DNA from: a virus
Length of the DNA stretch: 64,000 nt
Virus record (IMG/VR): IMGVR_UViG_3300036828_000755
Location: 67,755-131,754 of that record
Reading direction: 5' to 3' (one strand)
Notes under the pieces: model-generated
Told to the model about the DNA's origin: nothing
What the model saw: the letters and a program-made list of their open reading frames with translations, nothing else
Databases searched by the model: none
Made by a program: the position numbers and the translations under genes
Shown here: one piece after another, positions 62,168-64,000 of the stretch
Layout: the number at the start of each line of letters is the position of its first letter
Numbering within the stretch: position 1 is the first letter of the stretch

Positions 62168-62365
62168 ATTAACCAAGGATTCTTCATCGCGCAGAAGTTG
62201 CCGGACGGCACGCCAGGTCGGCCAGTTGGGAACGACGACGGGGCCATCATGATGTTCGAGGACCTGGACAAGGCAATCCAGGTCAAGGCCGAGCTCGAGA
62301 AGGAGCACGGGAAACTCACCTTGTTCAAGGTAAACCTGGTATTCACCGGGGAGGTGCTGCTCTGA
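62168..62365 (+). CDS. 65-aa protein with non-canonical ATT start
   Basis: GAGG SD 6 nt before ATT; (M)NQGFFIAQKLPDG...TGEVLL*; TGATG-coupled to tmk. Confidence 0.5.
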   Translation: MNQGFFIAQKLPDGTPGRPVGNDDGAIMMFEDLDKAIQVKAELEKEHGKLTLFKVNLVFTGEVLL

Positions 62366-63012
62366 TGTTCATCGTCTTCGAGGGAATAGACGGGACCGGG
62401 AAAGGGACGCAGGTCGAGAGGGCGGTCGAGTACCTCAGGAAGATGCTCGGCGACGACATGGTAGTCCAGAGCAAGGATCCCGGCGGGACCAAGCTGGGGG
62501 CAGCTATTAGGAGGATCATCTACGAGGAAGTCCCGACGCACGAACTAGCTTCAGGGGTCGTTGACCTACTTTTCCTCGCCTCACACATCCAGAACTGGCA
62601 AATGGTCGTCAAGCCCGCCCTAGACGCCGGCAAATTCGTCGTTAGCGACAGGTGGTGGTACAGCCAGGCCGCCTACATGACCAAGAGGATCGTCCCCACG
62701 CCAATCGCCAACGCGTACATGCAAGCACACGGCAAGGACGCCGACCTCCTGATATTCTTCCACGGGAATCCGCACACCTTCGTGGATCGGGCAAGGGCGA
62801 GGGAGACCGAGACGCACCAGTCTGCGAAAGCGTGGAACGACCTCGGCGTGCTCGCCAACATACAGCGGGAATACTTCATCCAATTCTCATACCTTCCCGA
62901 GTGGTTCCCAATAAACGTCGACGACAAGTCACAGGACCAGGTCTGGGACGAGGTGAGGTACGCGATATCTTCAACGATGAAGAAGATCTGGGCACTCAAA
63001 AATGTGCTATAA
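62365..63012 (+). CDS. tmk: thymidylate (dNMP) kinase
   Basis: FIVFEGIDGTGKGTQ P-loop, DPGGT..G..IR, SDRW.YS..AY. Confidence 0.9.
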   Translation: MFIVFEGIDGTGKGTQVERAVEYLRKMLGDDMVVQSKDPGGTKLGAAIRRIIYEEVPTHELASGVVDLLFLASHIQNWQMVVKPALDAGKFVVSDRWWYSQAAYMTKRIVPTPIANAYMQAHGKDADLLIFFHGNPHTFVDRARARETETHQSAKAWNDLGVLANIQREYFIQFSYLPEWFPINVDDKSQDQVWDEVRYAISSTMKKIWALKNVL

Positions 63013-63847
63013 CTCCGCCAACGATGTTTGGTTAAGACTCCTCCGCAAGATTTGCAAAGATGGAGTAGAGTCCCGGCCCAGGAATCTTCTAGTAAAGGAA
63101 ATCCTGTGTAACACGACGTCAATTAGCATGGCCCAGCCAATCGTCACCGTAAAGCAGCGCAAGCTCGGTCACAGGTTCCTCGTAGCAGAATCTTGGTGGA
63201 TAATTTCAGGAAGAAATGATGTGGCAAGTATTAGGCCATACAGCCCGCACATCGCATCATTCTCAAATGACGGAATCTACTTCGACGGTGCCTACGGTCC
63301 CAAGGTCATTGACCAACTCCGCTATGTCGTGGATACCTTAGAAAAAGATCCTGACTCACGTCAAGCTGTGATAGGAATCTGGAGACCTAATCCCCGCGAC
63401 TCCAAGGACATCGGTTGCACGCTCAGTGTGCAGTGGCTCATACGCGATGGCAAGCTTAACTGCCTAGACACCATGCGCAGTTCAGACGCATGGCTCGGAA
63501 TCGTGTATGACTGGTGGAATTTCACCGCACTTTCTGCATACGTGTTGCTCCTACTTAGGGAGCGCAGTGAAAGGTTCAAGGATGTCAGACTCGGGACACT
63601 GTATGTCACGGCCGGGAGCCAACACCTCTACGTCAACCCAAAACAAGACGGGATGCCGAACATCCCATACACTATGGAAGACGTTGTCGGGTTACTTGGA
63701 AGTATGAATCCTGATTCCTTAATTCCTTACAATTCGCTAAACGTAGACGAGTTCACGTCGCCACCTGACTTCATCACGCATCTTGAGCTCCTAAAAGATA
63801 GGAAGGATTCTGGGCACGCATGGCTGCGCGAACTACTCCTGAAGTAA
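63002..63847 (+). CDS. thymidylate-synthase homologue of dCMP hydroxymethylase/methylase type
   Basis: GAYG..V, DPDSRQAV, GCT (catalytic Cys), MRSSDAWLGIVYD with Asp at the TS Asn177-equivalent position. Confidence 0.8.
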   Translation: MCYNSANDVWLRLLRKICKDGVESRPRNLLVKEILCNTTSISMAQPIVTVKQRKLGHRFLVAESWWIISGRNDVASIRPYSPHIASFSNDGIYFDGAYGPKVIDQLRYVVDTLEKDPDSRQAVIGIWRPNPRDSKDIGCTLSVQWLIRDGKLNCLDTMRSSDAWLGIVYDWWNFTALSAYVLLLLRERSERFKDVRLGTLYVTAGSQHLYVNPKQDGMPNIPYTMEDVVGLLGSMNPDSLIPYNSLNVDEFTSPPDFITHLELLKDRKDSGHAWLRELLLK

Positions 63848-63852
63848 GATTT

Positions 63853-64000
63853 ATGTTGAGGGTGCTAAAATACCCTGAGGATGGCTGCTGGATCTGGACT
63901 GGTGGACTCTACAAGAAAACCTATGGCATATTCGCCTGGAGTAAACACAAGGTCGTGTACGCTCATCGAGCATCCTACGAACTATTCCTTGGAGCAATAA
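63853..64000 (+). CDS. HNH homing endonuclease (truncated by the window edge)
   Basis: GCWIWTG...YG.F...AHRASYELF.G.I. Confidence 0.8.
   Translation, partial: MLRVLKYPEDGCWIWTGGLYKKTYGIFAWSKHKVVYAHRASYELFLGAI

Noticed and set aside
2229-63847. Genome-wide TGA reassignment
   Set aside because: Many genes end in TGA with ATGA, GTGA or TGATG coupling to the next gene, so TGA is normally a stop.

Overview
A 64-kb segment of a large, moderately GC-rich dsDNA bacteriophage genome. It contains no virion structural genes and no host housekeeping operons. Layout: (i) 1-5.8 kb is a minus-strand block ending in a Nop-domain (TasA-like) gene and a ~56-half-unit, 18-nt-periodic TIGR-type guide array. 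Upstream of these lie an Acb2/Tad1-like sponge gene, an AEP primase-like gene and a degenerate HNH gene. (ii) 5.8-7.0 kb is a divergent AT-rich intergenic region. (iii) 7-44.5 kb is an all-plus-strand block of small, mostly hypothetical genes. It is flanked by ~195-bp inverted homologous elements, punctuated by repeated leader hairpins, and carries an AAA ATPase and a circularly permuted (two-piece) tmRNA. (iv) 44.8-45.9 kb holds two minus-strand genes. (v) 46-64 kb holds a glycosyl/methyltransferase cluster, an M15 peptidase, an array of four scaffolded tRNA-mimic ncRNAs directly upstream of a Ro60/TROVE-like vWA gene, and a nucleotide-metabolism cluster whose thymidylate-synthase homologue has a dCMP-type specificity residue. 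Across the whole window there is a conserved promoter class (CCG-N22-TAnnAT-rrTCTTAG) and a 7-8-member paralogous winged-helix-like protein family. All family assignments are from motif recognition by eye; no database searches were run.
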